Both the position numbers and the translations under genes were made by a program. The notes below the pieces were generated by a model. The model was not told the origin of the DNA. It saw only the letters and a program-made list of their open reading frames with translations, and made no database searches. A DNA stretch of 63,417 bases, counting the filler, from a bacterium (GTDB taxonomy: Bacteria; JADJOY01), in NCBI GenBank assembly GCA_046331705.1. It is 9 parts of 9 records of this genome, joined end to end, with 100 filler letters (N's around TTAATTAATTAA, not from the genome) between each part and the next. Parts side by side here need not be neighbours in the genome. Positions count along the whole stretch, not along the records: positions 38,985 to 45,641 come from JAXLQJ010000109.1; positions 45,742 to 51,189 come from JAXLQJ010000110.1; 7 more parts are not named here. One strand, 5' to 3'. Below are positions 39,986 to 49,827 of this stretch, in pieces (positions within the stretch are counted from its first letter, which is position 1; each line of letters starts with the position of its first letter).

Positions 39986-41182
39986 ATGTCATCGTCGTCC
40001 GCGGACCCCCTTGGCTTCGCTGCCGAAGCGCTCGCGGCATTGGATCGCGCCGAGCTCCGGCGCTCCCTGCGCACCGTCGAGAGCGCGCAGTCGCCGGAGA
40101 TCGTCGTCGACGGCCGGGCGGTGCTGTGCCTGTGCTCGAACAACTACCTCGGGCTCGCCAACGACCCCCGCCTCACGCGCGCCGCCGTCGCCGCCACGAC
40201 TCGCTTCGGCTGCGGCAGCGGGGCGAGCCGGCTCATCTCCGGCAACGTCACGATCCACGACGAGCTCGAGCGCGAGCTGGCACGCTGGAAGGGCACCGAA
40301 GCCGCGCTGCTCTTCAACTCGGGCTACCACGCCAACTGCGGCGCATTGCCGGCGCTCGCGGGACCGGGCGATCTGATCCTCTCCGACGAGCTCAATCACG
40401 CGAGCCTGATCGATGGGTGCCGCCTCAGTCGTGCCACGGTCCGCGTCTATCGCCACGGCGACGCCGGCGACGTCGCTCGTCTGCTCGACGATCGCGCGAG
40501 CTTCGGGCGCGCGCTCATCGTCACGGACACCGTGTTCTCGATGGACGGCGACCTGGCACCGCTTCCCGATCTGCTCGATCTCGCGAGCCGACGCGATGCG
40601 CTCCTCTACTGTGACGAGGCCCACGCCAGCGGGGTGCTGGGCGAGCACGGACGCGGCGCGGTCGAGCATCTCCATGTCGCCGATCGCCGCGTCGTGCAGA
40701 TGGGGACCCTCGGCAAGGCGCTGGGGAGCTTTGGTGCCTACGTCGCCACCAGTCGCGACGCCGCGGAGCTGTTGCTGAATCGCGCGCGCAGCTTCGTGTT
40801 CACCACCGGGCTGCCGCCGGCGGTGTGCGCGGCGAGCCTCGCGGCGGTGCGCGTCGTGCGCGAGGAGCCCGAGCGGCGGGAACGTGTGCGCTCGCTGGCG
40901 CGCCGGCTGCGCCAGTCGCTCGCGGCGCTGGGCTTCACCGTGGCCGGCGAGGTCGACGTGCCGATCGTGCCGGTGATCGTCGGCGACGCGTCCCCGACGA
41001 TGGCGCTCGCCCGAGAGCTCTTCGAGCGTGGCGTGCTGGCGAGCGGCATCCGACCGCCCACGGTTCCCGCGGGCACCTCACGAATCCGCGCCACGCTGAT
41101 GGCCACCATGACCGACGAGCACGTCGAGCGCGCGGTGGAGGCGTTCGCCGAGGCCGGTCGCGCCTGCCGAATCATCGGTTGA
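39986..41182 (+). CDS. bioF: 8-amino-7-oxononanoate synthase
   Basis: CSNNYLGLA, GSGASRLISG, LNHASLIDG, VFSMDGD, DEAHA.G, GTLGKALG. Confidence 0.96.
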   Translation: MSSSSADPLGFAAEALAALDRAELRRSLRTVESAQSPEIVVDGRAVLCLCSNNYLGLANDPRLTRAAVAATTRFGCGSGASRLISGNVTIHDELERELARWKGTEAALLFNSGYHANCGALPALAGPGDLILSDELNHASLIDGCRLSRATVRVYRHGDAGDVARLLDDRASFGRALIVTDTVFSMDGDLAPLPDLLDLASRRDALLYCDEAHASGVLGEHGRGAVEHLHVADRRVVQMGTLGKALGSFGAYVATSRDAAELLLNRARSFVFTTGLPPAVCAASLAAVRVVREEPERRERVRSLARRLRQSLAALGFTVAGEVDVPIVPVIVGDASPTMALARELFERGVLASGIRPPTVPAGTSRIRATLMATMTDEHVERAVEAFAEAGRACRIIG

Positions 41183-41193
41183 GGAGGACGCTC

Positions 41194-42561
41194 GTGGATC
41201 CGGAACGCATCCGTCAGCTCGAGGAGATCGACCGCAAGCACGTCTGGCACCCGTTCACCCAGATGAAGGGTTGGATCGAGGACAAACCGCTCATCGTCGA
41301 GCGCGCCGAGGGCAACTGGCTCGTCGACGTCGAAGGCCGTCGTTATCTCGACGCCATCTCGAGCCTGTGGGTGACGGTGCACGGGCACCGCGTTCCCGAG
41401 ATCGACGCGGCCGTCCGGGCGCAGCTCGATCGTGTCGCCCATTCCACGCTGCTCGGTCTCGCCAACGTGCCGTCGATCGAGCTGGCCGAGCGCCTGGTGC
41501 GGATCGCACCGCCAGGGCTCACGCGCGTCTTCTATTCCGACTCCGGCTCCACCGCCGTCGAGGTTGCGCTCAAGATCGCCTACCAGTTCTGGCAACAGCA
41601 GCCGGGCGGCAGCACCAAGAACCGCTTCGTCTGCTTCGAGAATGCCTACCACGGCGACACGCTCGGCTCGGTGAGTGTGGGCGGGATCGACCTCTTCCAT
41701 CAGGTCTACCGGCCGCTGCTCTTCGAGACGCTACGGGTGCCATCGCCGTACTGCTATCGCTGCCCGCTGGGGAAGAGCCATCCGAGCTGCGAGACCGCGT
41801 GCCTCGAACCGCTCGAATCGATGCTCCGCGAGCGCGCCGACGAGATCGTGGCGGTGGTGATCGAGCCCGCGGTGCAAGGCGCCGCCGGCATGCTGGTGCA
41901 GCCGCCGGGATTCCTGCGTCGCGTGCGCGAGCTCTGCGATCGCCACGCCGTGCTGCTCATCGCCGACGAGGTCGCGACCGGCTTCGGACGCACCGGCACG
42001 ATGTTCGCGTGCGAGCGCGAAGGCGTGGCGCCGGATCTGCTCTGCATCGCCAAGGGCATCACCGGCGGCTATCTGCCGCTGGCGGCGACGCTCGCGACCG
42101 AGAAAGTCTTCGCCGGCTTCTTGGCCGAGTTCCGCGAGAAGCGCACCTTCTTCCACGGTCACACGTACACGGGGAATCCGCTCGCGTGCGCGGCGGCGAT
42201 CGCCAACGTCGACCTGCTCGAGAAGACCGGGCTGATCGGCACGATCGACGAGAAGGCCGCGTTGCTCGGCGCGGCGCTGGCGTCACTCGCCGAGCACCCG
42301 TGCGTGGGCGAGATCCGGCAACGCGGGCTCATGGTGGGAATCGAGCTGGTGCGCGACCGCGCCACGCGTGCCGAGTTCGAGTACGGCGACCGCGTCGGCC
42401 ACCAGGTGATCCTCGCAGCGCGGCGGCGCGGCGTGATCCTGCGCCCGCTCGGCGACGTGCTGGTGCTCATGCCGCCGCTCGCCATCACGCCCGACGAGAT
42501 CGCGCTACTCGCGCGGGTGGTGCGCGAATCGATCGACGAAGTGCTTCCGGCGCCGACGTGA
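41194..42561 (+). CDS. bioA: Adenosylmethionine-8-amino-7-oxononanoate aminotransferase
   Basis: HVWHPFTQM, SDSGSTAVEVALK, AYHGDTLG, IADEVATGFGRTG, AKGITGGYLPL; GAGGAGG RBS. Confidence 0.96.
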   Translation: MDPERIRQLEEIDRKHVWHPFTQMKGWIEDKPLIVERAEGNWLVDVEGRRYLDAISSLWVTVHGHRVPEIDAAVRAQLDRVAHSTLLGLANVPSIELAERLVRIAPPGLTRVFYSDSGSTAVEVALKIAYQFWQQQPGGSTKNRFVCFENAYHGDTLGSVSVGGIDLFHQVYRPLLFETLRVPSPYCYRCPLGKSHPSCETACLEPLESMLRERADEIVAVVIEPAVQGAAGMLVQPPGFLRRVRELCDRHAVLLIADEVATGFGRTGTMFACEREGVAPDLLCIAKGITGGYLPLAATLATEKVFAGFLAEFREKRTFFHGHTYTGNPLACAAAIANVDLLEKTGLIGTIDEKAALLGAALASLAEHPCVGEIRQRGLMVGIELVRDRATRAEFEYGDRVGHQVILAARRRGVILRPLGDVLVLMPPLAITPDEIALLARVVRESIDEVLPAPT

Positions 42562-42589
42562 TCACCGGACGTCACGCGCGGAACGAAGC

Positions 42590-43765
42590 TCAGATCGGCG
42601 GCAACCCTGCGTCTCCGAGCGCGTCCGTCTTGATGACGAACATCCGGCTCGTGTAGCCCTCCTGGAACGAGCCTGGGACGACGAATCCGCCATCGGGCGT
42701 CTGCTGCACCTTGTAGCCCCAGTCTTGTCCGAGCCCGCCGTAGTGGTTCATCCACTGGGTGTTGCCGTCCCCGTCGGTCTCGAGCAGGAACACGTCGTGG
42801 ATCTGCCCGTCGTAGTCGGCCTTGCCCGCGCCGACGAAGACGTAGCCACCCGACGCCGTGAGGTTGCCGCTGAACCCGGCGAACTCCGTCACGGTCCGCG
42901 CCCACAGCTCGGCACCCGTGGCGTCGGTGCGCACGATGCGAAGGGTGTCGAAGTTCATCGGTCCCCAGGTCTGGCCGACCAACAGCGCGCCGCCGTCGTC
43001 GGTGAGTGAAACGCTTCCCACGATGTCCGAGCCGGCGTTCGGGTAGCTGTGCCGCGCGATCTCGTCGCCGTGAGCGTCGAGGTGAACGAGCTGCATGTCG
43101 TGCAGGGAGCAGCTCGCGCATTCCGGATTGCCCACGCCGACCACGAAGTGGCCGTCCGGGTGCTGCGCAATGGCACCATCACCGATTCCACCCAGCGAAC
43201 GCACCCACTCGAGATCGTGATCGGCATCGAGCTTGGCGACCACGATCGACGCCGAGGTCGTCCCGTATTCCGGACCCGCGAGAACGATTCCGCCGTCGAG
43301 CGTCGGCACCATTCCCAGGCAATGCCCGTGATGCCCCTGCGCGTCGCCGAACCCGGTGCGCCAGAGCTCGTCGCCGTTCGCGTCGATCCCGAGCACGACG
43401 ACCTGTGTGTCGGGTTGACCGGTGCCCGGCGAGCCTCCGCACGCGATGAAGCTGCCGTCGGACAATCGTCGAATGGCGGAGAGAACGCCACCCTCCACCG
43501 CCGGGTACGTGTGGATCCACTGCTGCGTTCCAGCGTGGTCGATCTTCACGACCTGCATCCGGCTCGGATCGCCGGGAGCCGCCGTGCCGCCGCCGGCCGC
43601 CAGGTAGCCCCCGTCACCACTTTCGTCGATGCCCTGCAGCACTCCGCTCGCCGATCCGGGCTCACCGAAAAGCCGCTGCCAGTGATCCGTGGTGCACGCG
43701 CCGGTGAACGAGCACACCAGCGCGCAAAGCAACTCGGGGGATACCCTTCGCCTCCGGTCGCGCAT
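42590..43765 (-). CDS. Putative lipoprotein with beta-propeller repeats
   Basis: FTGAC; repeated T.DGG.....G / KTD..G...W motifs. Confidence 0.7.
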   Translation of the reverse strand: MRDRRRRVSPELLCALVCSFTGACTTDHWQRLFGEPGSASGVLQGIDESGDGGYLAAGGGTAAPGDPSRMQVVKIDHAGTQQWIHTYPAVEGGVLSAIRRLSDGSFIACGGSPGTGQPDTQVVVLGIDANGDELWRTGFGDAQGHHGHCLGMVPTLDGGIVLAGPEYGTTSASIVVAKLDADHDLEWVRSLGGIGDGAIAQHPDGHFVVGVGNPECASCSLHDMQLVHLDAHGDEIARHSYPNAGSDIVGSVSLTDDGGALLVGQTWGPMNFDTLRIVRTDATGAELWARTVTEFAGFSGNLTASGGYVFVGAGKADYDGQIHDVFLLETDGDGNTQWMNHYGGLGQDWGYKVQQTPDGGFVVPGSFQEGYTSRMFVIKTDALGDAGLPPI

Positions 43766-43930
43766 CGCGTCCCTCCCGTCGTGGACCGTGCGTTGCATCG
43801 CGTCGCCGCGCTGCTGGTCGCACGCGATTCGTGAAGAGCGCGCCCATCATACGGCACGAGTAGGCCCACTCGCGTTTCCACCGGATGAGCTCCCGTTGCT
43901 GGCACGCGGCTGACGGGCTCGGCGCGCCGC

Positions 43931-44938
43931 TCACGCGGTGAGCTCGGGCTGTGCAGCAGCGAACACCGGCAGCTCGAAGCGCGCCCGCAAGCCGAGCACG
44001 CGCGGTCCCGACGAGACCTCGAGCGTCCACACGATCTGGTTCTGCCAGTCCGCCCAGTCGGACGGGAGCGCGCTGGCGGAAACGTCGATGTCGAGCGGGA
44101 GCTCGATGCCGTCGCCGCGCGCGAGCACCTCGCCGGGATCGAAGCGAAGATGCGTCGCCCAGACATCGACCTCCGTCATCTCCCAGTCCGAATCGCCGGC
44201 GTACCGGAACGTGCGCCGTCGGCAATGAAGCGATCCGTCGACGATGGCCGACCGCGACAATCCGCGCGTCACGACCACGCTGCCGAGCAGCTTGCCGCCG
44301 AGCCGCGGCGCCGGTCCCTCGAAGCGAAGCTCGGCAACACCAAAGCGCCAGCGGCGCAACGATTCGTAGAGCCCGGGGGCGAAGAGCACGATCGGAAGCA
44401 GGCCCACCCAAAGTGTGCCGCCCGAAAGTCGTTTGCTTGCAGCGGCCGGGTCACGGAGCATCTGCTCGCAGTTGACTGGCAGCGTCGAGATGATGATCGC
44501 CGCAAGCAGCAACCCCCACGCGTGGAGTCGGAAGCGCCGCTCGGCAGGGTCGACTGCGCGTACGTGCCGCCCAGCCCAGCTCTCCTCGAGTCGCCACGCC
44601 CACCGCGCTCGTCGTAGCCGGACGACTGCAGGCGCGTGCCGGGCGCGCAGCAGACCACCGACCGCGCTCGCCCACACGACCAGCAGGGCGCCGAGCAGGA
44701 AGAACCCGAGGTCTCGCGCGCGCTCTTCGGCGCCGGCAGCCTTTGGCTCAGCGGCCAAGATGGCGATCACGACCAGGAGCAGCAGCAGCCCGAACAGAGG
44801 CAGGGCTGTGCCGGTGTTGCGAGCGTCTTCGTGATTGGGTGGCGGTCCGTCGGTATTGCCGATCGGCCCTTCCGAATCGCACCCCGCGAGTGTCACTCGT
44901 CCTCGCTCGGCGCGTCTCGCCGGACGCTCACATCGCAA
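43931..44938 (-). CDS. Hypothetical membrane protein (start uncertain)
   Basis: Several TM segments, then RFGVAELRFEG..PRLG...IVWTLEV...GLRARFELPV. Confidence 0.55.
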   Translation of the reverse strand: MRCERPARRAERGRVTLAGCDSEGPIGNTDGPPPNHEDARNTGTALPLFGLLLLLVVIAILAAEPKAAGAEERARDLGFFLLGALLVVWASAVGGLLRARHAPAVVRLRRARWAWRLEESWAGRHVRAVDPAERRFRLHAWGLLLAAIIISTLPVNCEQMLRDPAAASKRLSGGTLWVGLLPIVLFAPGLYESLRRWRFGVAELRFEGPAPRLGGKLLGSVVVTRGLSRSAIVDGSLHCRRRTFRYAGDSDWEMTEVDVWATHLRFDPGEVLARGDGIELPLDIDVSASALPSDWADWQNQIVWTLEVSSGPRVLGLRARFELPVFAAAQPELTA

Positions 44939-45139
44939 CGCACTTGGAGATGAGCTCTTTCGTAATCTCGCTGGTGGCGGCGCCGAGAGCGCGGATGCTT
45001 CCGGGTCGAAGCGCAGTCGAGCGGCGATCGACCCGAGTCGGAGATCGGCTCGAGTCGATCACGCGTCTTGCTTCCTCCGATCCAGGGTTCGAGCAGCTCG
45101 CCAACAGGCCATGCGTGGCCCTCGCGTTGCTCGTCCAGC

Positions 45140-45641
45140 TCATGGCGAAACCGCAGGGTGAACCGGAATCTCGAACGAGGCTTTGAAGCCAAGCCCAGGC
45201 GCCCGCGCCGAAACCGAGTAGCGCCACACGATTTGGTCACGCCAATTGGAGCCGTCGGTGGGAGGCTGCTCACGCGGAAAGTGCAGCAACACGGGAAGCA
45301 CGGTCGCCTCGCCGTCGAGTCGAGCGGCGGAAGCGGCGATGGTCTCGCGATGCTCCCACATGGTCTGGTCGTCGGTGTCGGAAACGCCTCCGTCGGAGTA
45401 GGTGATACGGCGGCGTAGACATTCGAGCTGGGTGTGAAAAGCGGAAACGGTGGTCGCGCGTAGCGGAATGCGCAGCGAAAGGGCTATCTGGCGACCGATG
45501 CGCGGAGCGTCTCCTTCGAAGGCAAGCTCCGCCATGCCGAACTTCCGGATGCGCATTCGCTCCAGCGTTCCAGGTATCAGGGCGGCGATCGCGAGCGGCC
45601 AGAACACCCAGGCGCGCGGGCGGCGCCCATGCAGCAGGTCG
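45140..45641 (-). CDS. Paralog of the adjacent membrane protein, 5'-truncated
   Basis: KFGMAELAFEG.APRIG...IVWRYSV...GFKASFEIPV aligns with the C-terminal part of 43931-44938. Confidence 0.6.
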
Positions 45642-45741
45642 NNNNNNNNNNNNNNNNNNNNNNNNNNNNNNNNNNNNNNNNNNNNTTAATTAATTAANNN
45701 NNNNNNNNNNNNNNNNNNNNNNNNNNNNNNNNNNNNNNNNN

Positions 45742-46873
45742 CCATCGGCCCGCAGCCGCCGCGATGGATCTGCTCCTCGCGGGTCCCGGCCCGCGGCCCC
45801 CGTGGGCGCCCACGCTGCCGTGGATCCCCCTGCCGGCAGTCGGCGCCGAGCCGGGGGCGACGGTGCGCTGGTACCGCAACCTCGACCGCTGGCTCGACGC
45901 ACACGAGCCCGCGCTCGTGCACGTGCTCTCCGGGTTTCCGGTGCCCGGGATGCGGCGGCCGTACGTGATCACGCTGCACGACCTCGACGTGCTCGCGAGC
46001 CCGGCGCGCCATCCACTGGTGAAGCACGCCTACTTCCGCTTCTTCCTGCCGGCGAGCCTGCGACATGCCGCCTCGATCCACGCCGTCTCGCGCAGCACCG
46101 CCGCGGCGATCGCCCGCCGCTGGCCGATGCTCGCGCCGCGAACCACCACCGTGCGCAACGCCCTCGCGCCGAGCTTCACGCGCGTCCGCGACCGCGGGCT
46201 GCTCACCGAGCTGCGCGAGCGATGGGGACTGCCGGCGCGGTTCGCGCTGGTCTTCGCGTCACGCGGGCCGCGCCTGCGCGCCGATCTCGCGATCGAAGCG
46301 ATGACCGAGGTGCGGGCGCGACACGCCGATGTCGGGCTGGTGATCGCCGGCGGTTGCGACGCAGCGCGCCCGCGGGATCCGGGGCGCGGCGAGCGCCACC
46401 GCCCAGCCGTGGTGCGCATCGGCTCGGTCGAGGAGGGCGAGCTGCCGGCGTTGCTGAGCGCCGCCGCGGTGCTCGTCCATCCGACCTGGGACGACGGCTT
46501 CGGCTATCCGCCGCTCGAGGCCCTCGCCTGCGGCACGCCGGTGGTGGTCTCCGATCTCGCGATCACGCGCGAGCTGCTGGCGCCGCACGCGCTGCGGGTG
46601 GGATCGGACGATCCGCGCCGCTGGGCCGATGCGATCGACCACGCCCTCCACGACGCTGCGCACCGGGAAACCGTGGCGCGCGTGGCGCCCACCTGGACGT
46701 CACGCTTCGGCGTGGATCGTCTCGGCGCGCGCCTGGTCCATGCGTATCGCCGCACCCTCGCGCGCTCGGGCAGCGCCCCGCCGCCGCGCGCGCGGCGCCA
46801 GGCGTCGAGCCAGCACCACGTCGTAGACGAGGTCGGCCCACGCGGCGCCGATCGAGCTCAACCCCATGCGTGA
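45742..46873 (+). CDS. Glycosyltransferase family 4, 5'-truncated
   Basis: VITLHDL, HAVSRST, VHPTWDDGFGYPPLEALACGTPVVVSD. Confidence 0.85.
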
Positions 46874-47941
46874 CTGGAACTCGCGGAGCGCCGCCGCGCC
46901 CAGCTGGTGACGGAGCGAGGCGTCGCGCGCCAGCTCGCGCAGAGCATCGGCCAGCGCGTCGGCATCCCGCATCGGCACGAAGCGCGCGCAGCCGGATTCG
47001 CCGAGCTCGTCGCGCATCGCGCGGCTCGCACCGGTGACGAGCGCCTTGCCCATCGCGAACGCCTGATACGCCTTGTTCGGCAGCACCAGGTCGGCCTTGC
47101 GCGTGCCGCCGAAGATCCCCAGGCACACGTCCGCCGCGGCGATCAGCCGAGGCAGCTCTTCGTAGGGGACCCAATCGATCAGCCTCAGGTGCGGGATCGC
47201 GCTCGGCTCGCGGACGCCATAGACCGCGCACACGTCGTCGCGGAACTGGCCGGTGCCGACGAACGTGAACCTCACGGCGCCGCCCGCGAGCCGTTTCGAC
47301 GCCTCGAGCATCGTGCGTACGCCGTGCAGCGGTAGGTATTTGCCGTAGTAGAGAACGTGCAACGGTCCGGGGGCCCGAGGCCCCGTCCGTGGGCGAAAGA
47401 CTCGGTCGTCGGCTCCCGTGAGGACGGTCACGAGCTTGTGCTCCGCGACCGAGAAGCGATCCCGAAAGTACGCAGCGTGCGCATCGGTGTCCGCGACCAC
47501 CACGTCGGCGAGCGCGTAGAGCCGGCGCTCGATCCAGGCGAGCAACGCCGCGGCCCGCGAGCCCGCGGCGACGAAGCCCTTGTCCTCGACGAGCGTGTTG
47601 TAGACGGAAACCAGCGGATCGACGATGAGCGGCTTGCCGCGCCGACGGCTCAACCAGCGCGCCAGCGGCACGTCGAGGTGACCGTTGAAGCCCACGACCA
47701 TGACGTCGTAGTCGGCGATCCGCGAGTGGCGCCACGCGAGGCGCACCAGCGCGGCGAGGTAGCGAGCGACCACTCGCACCAGCGAGCGTCCGCGGAAGTA
47801 GTCGGCGAGCTTGATGCGCGTGAGCCCCCACACCTCGACGTGGCACTCGATCACCTCGACGTCGTGCCGCTTGAGACCGTCGATCGCGATGCGGTTGCGC
47901 GGATAGTCGCGCTCGTAGGTGCCGAACCAGCACACTTTCAT
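46700..47941 (-). CDS. Glycosyltransferase family 4
   Basis: MKVCWFGTYERDYPRN, LYYGKYLPLHGV, ADVCLGIFG...PNKAYQAFAMGKALVT. Confidence 0.85.
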   Translation of the reverse strand: MKVCWFGTYERDYPRNRIAIDGLKRHDVEVIECHVEVWGLTRIKLADYFRGRSLVRVVARYLAALVRLAWRHSRIADYDVMVVGFNGHLDVPLARWLSRRRGKPLIVDPLVSVYNTLVEDKGFVAAGSRAAALLAWIERRLYALADVVVADTDAHAAYFRDRFSVAEHKLVTVLTGADDRVFRPRTGPRAPGPLHVLYYGKYLPLHGVRTMLEASKRLAGGAVRFTFVGTGQFRDDVCAVYGVREPSAIPHLRLIDWVPYEELPRLIAAADVCLGIFGGTRKADLVLPNKAYQAFAMGKALVTGASRAMRDELGESGCARFVPMRDADALADALRELARDASLRHQLGAAALREFQSRMGLSSIGAAWADLVYDVVLARRLAPRARRRGAARAREGAAIRMDQARAETIHAEA

Positions 47942-48117
47942 CGGCGCGACTCCGGCGCCTGCCGGAACGCGCGCCCGCCACCAGCCGCGCGCGAGCGCGT
48001 GAGTGCCAACGAAAGTTGCGGGGCCGGCATCGCCGACCCATCCGTGCAAGCGGCGTTCCCCGGTCGCGACACGCGCGACACGCGCGACGCGGACGCGATC
48101 GATCCGCGGCGAGCCGC

Positions 48118-49752
48118 TCAGACGCGGGGAGCGGGCGCGCCGTCGACGAGGCCGTAGAACTTGAGCTTGTGGAAGAAGGTCGCACGGGCGATGCCGAGGA
48201 TGGCGATGGCGCGCTCCTTGTGGCCGCCCGTGTGCTCGAGGACGCGGCGGATGTGCTCGCGTTCCACGCGCTCCATCAGCTGCCTGAGCGATTCCGGGGC
48301 TCCATCGCTCGAGCAGGGCGCCGCGACCGCGCTGCCCGCGATCGCCGCCGGCAGGTCGCCGAGCCGGATCACGTCGCCACACGCGAGGATCCCCGCGATC
48401 TCGACGACGTTGCGCAGCTCTCGCACGTTGCCGCTCCAACGGTGCTGCCGCAGCGCGTCGAGCGCCGCCGGCTCGAACGATTTCCCGGGCGCCAGCCGCG
48501 CCTGGAAATGGTGCAGGAGCGGGTCGATGTCATCGCGCCGTGCGCGCAGCGGCGGGACGTCGATCCGCGCGACGCAGATCCGGTAATAGAGATCCTCGCG
48601 GAACCGACCCTCGCGCACCTCGCGCTCGATGTCGACGTTGCAGGCCGCGATGATCCGCACGTCCACCGGAACGTCACTCCGCGCACCGAGGGGGCGGACC
48701 ACGTCGGCCTCCAGCGCCCGCAGCAGCAGCACCTGAATCTCGGGCGTGGCCGTGGTGATCTCGTCGAGGAAGAGCACGCCGCCCTTCGCCTGGACGAAGA
48801 AGCCGTGATGCGGCGAGGTGGCGTCGGTGAAGGCGCCCTTCTCGTGACCGAAGAGCTGGGAGATCGCGGTCTCGCGCGAGAGCGTGCCCATGTGGACGGG
48901 AACGAAGGGTCCGGCGCGCCGCTCGGACTCCTGGTGGATCGCGCGGGCGATCACTTCCTTGCCGGTGCCCGACTCGCCGGTCACGAGCACCGACACCTGG
49001 GTGGGGGCGAAGCGCTTCACCAGCTCGTAGATCCGCTTCAGCTCGGAGCTTCGGCCGACCAGGTGGTGCCCCGCGCCGTACGCACGCTCGAGCGTTTCCT
49101 CGCGGGCCTTGGCGACCTCGCGCTCGGCTTCGATCCGCAGCAGATGCTGGATCGCGATGCAGGCGTAGCAGGCGAGCGCCTGCAGGAACGGCAGATCTCC
49201 CTCGTCGAACGCGCGGACCCGGACGTTGTTGTCGCAGTAGAGGATCCCGAGCGGCGAGGCGGGGTCGCCGAGCACGCAGCAGATGACCGAGCGGATGCCG
49301 TTGGCGACCACGCTGGCCGCCGCGCCGAAGCTCGAGTCCATCGCGGCGTCGATGGTGAGCAGGGGTTCGCCCGACTCGAGCACTTGCGCGACCATCGTGC
49401 TCGAGATCGGCAACGGTCCATCCGCGCTCCAGCTCAGCTCGTGCGCCGCGCGCGGCACAAGCGTGTTGCCGTCGACGGTCGCGAGCAGCACCCGCTCGGC
49501 GCCCAGGAGCTCGCAGGCGGCGGCCACGATCCGCTCGAAGAGCCCCGGCAGCGCCGCCTGGGAGAAGAGCTCGTGGCCCAGCTCGTAGAGCTTGGTCAAG
49601 CGCAAGTACGAGCGCCGCAGCTCCTCCGCGGGGATGGCCCCGGGATCGGGGGGAAACGGCATGCGCGCCCCCGCCCCAGCCGCTCGCTGGGGAGGCTCGG
49701 GGGACGGGCCGAGGGAATGGGAAACACCGAATGGTTCTTCCGAGAGTGACAT
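48118..49752 (-). CDS. GAF-domain sigma54-dependent Fis-family activator
   Basis: GAF (IRSVICC..GILYCDN), GESGTGKE, GAFTDA, LFLDEI, FREDLYYRI, W.GNVREL, C-terminal HTH. Confidence 0.92.
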   Translation of the reverse strand: MSLSEEPFGVSHSLGPSPEPPQRAAGAGARMPFPPDPGAIPAEELRRSYLRLTKLYELGHELFSQAALPGLFERIVAAACELLGAERVLLATVDGNTLVPRAAHELSWSADGPLPISSTMVAQVLESGEPLLTIDAAMDSSFGAAASVVANGIRSVICCVLGDPASPLGILYCDNNVRVRAFDEGDLPFLQALACYACIAIQHLLRIEAEREVAKAREETLERAYGAGHHLVGRSSELKRIYELVKRFAPTQVSVLVTGESGTGKEVIARAIHQESERRAGPFVPVHMGTLSRETAISQLFGHEKGAFTDATSPHHGFFVQAKGGVLFLDEITTATPEIQVLLLRALEADVVRPLGARSDVPVDVRIIAACNVDIEREVREGRFREDLYYRICVARIDVPPLRARRDDIDPLLHHFQARLAPGKSFEPAALDALRQHRWSGNVRELRNVVEIAGILACGDVIRLGDLPAAIAGSAVAAPCSSDGAPESLRQLMERVEREHIRRVLEHTGGHKERAIAILGIARATFFHKLKFYGLVDGAPAPRV

Positions 49753-49827
49753 TCCAGCTCTCCGTGCCGGGCGTTACTCCTCACCATAGGGAATTCCCGC
49801 CTCGAACGCTACCGGCGTGTGCGTGGG

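Noticed and set aside
49770-49827. dif/xrs-like target site next to the IS1202-like element
   Set aside because: No XerC/XerD-like arms are recognisable in the left flank, and the right flank is missing.
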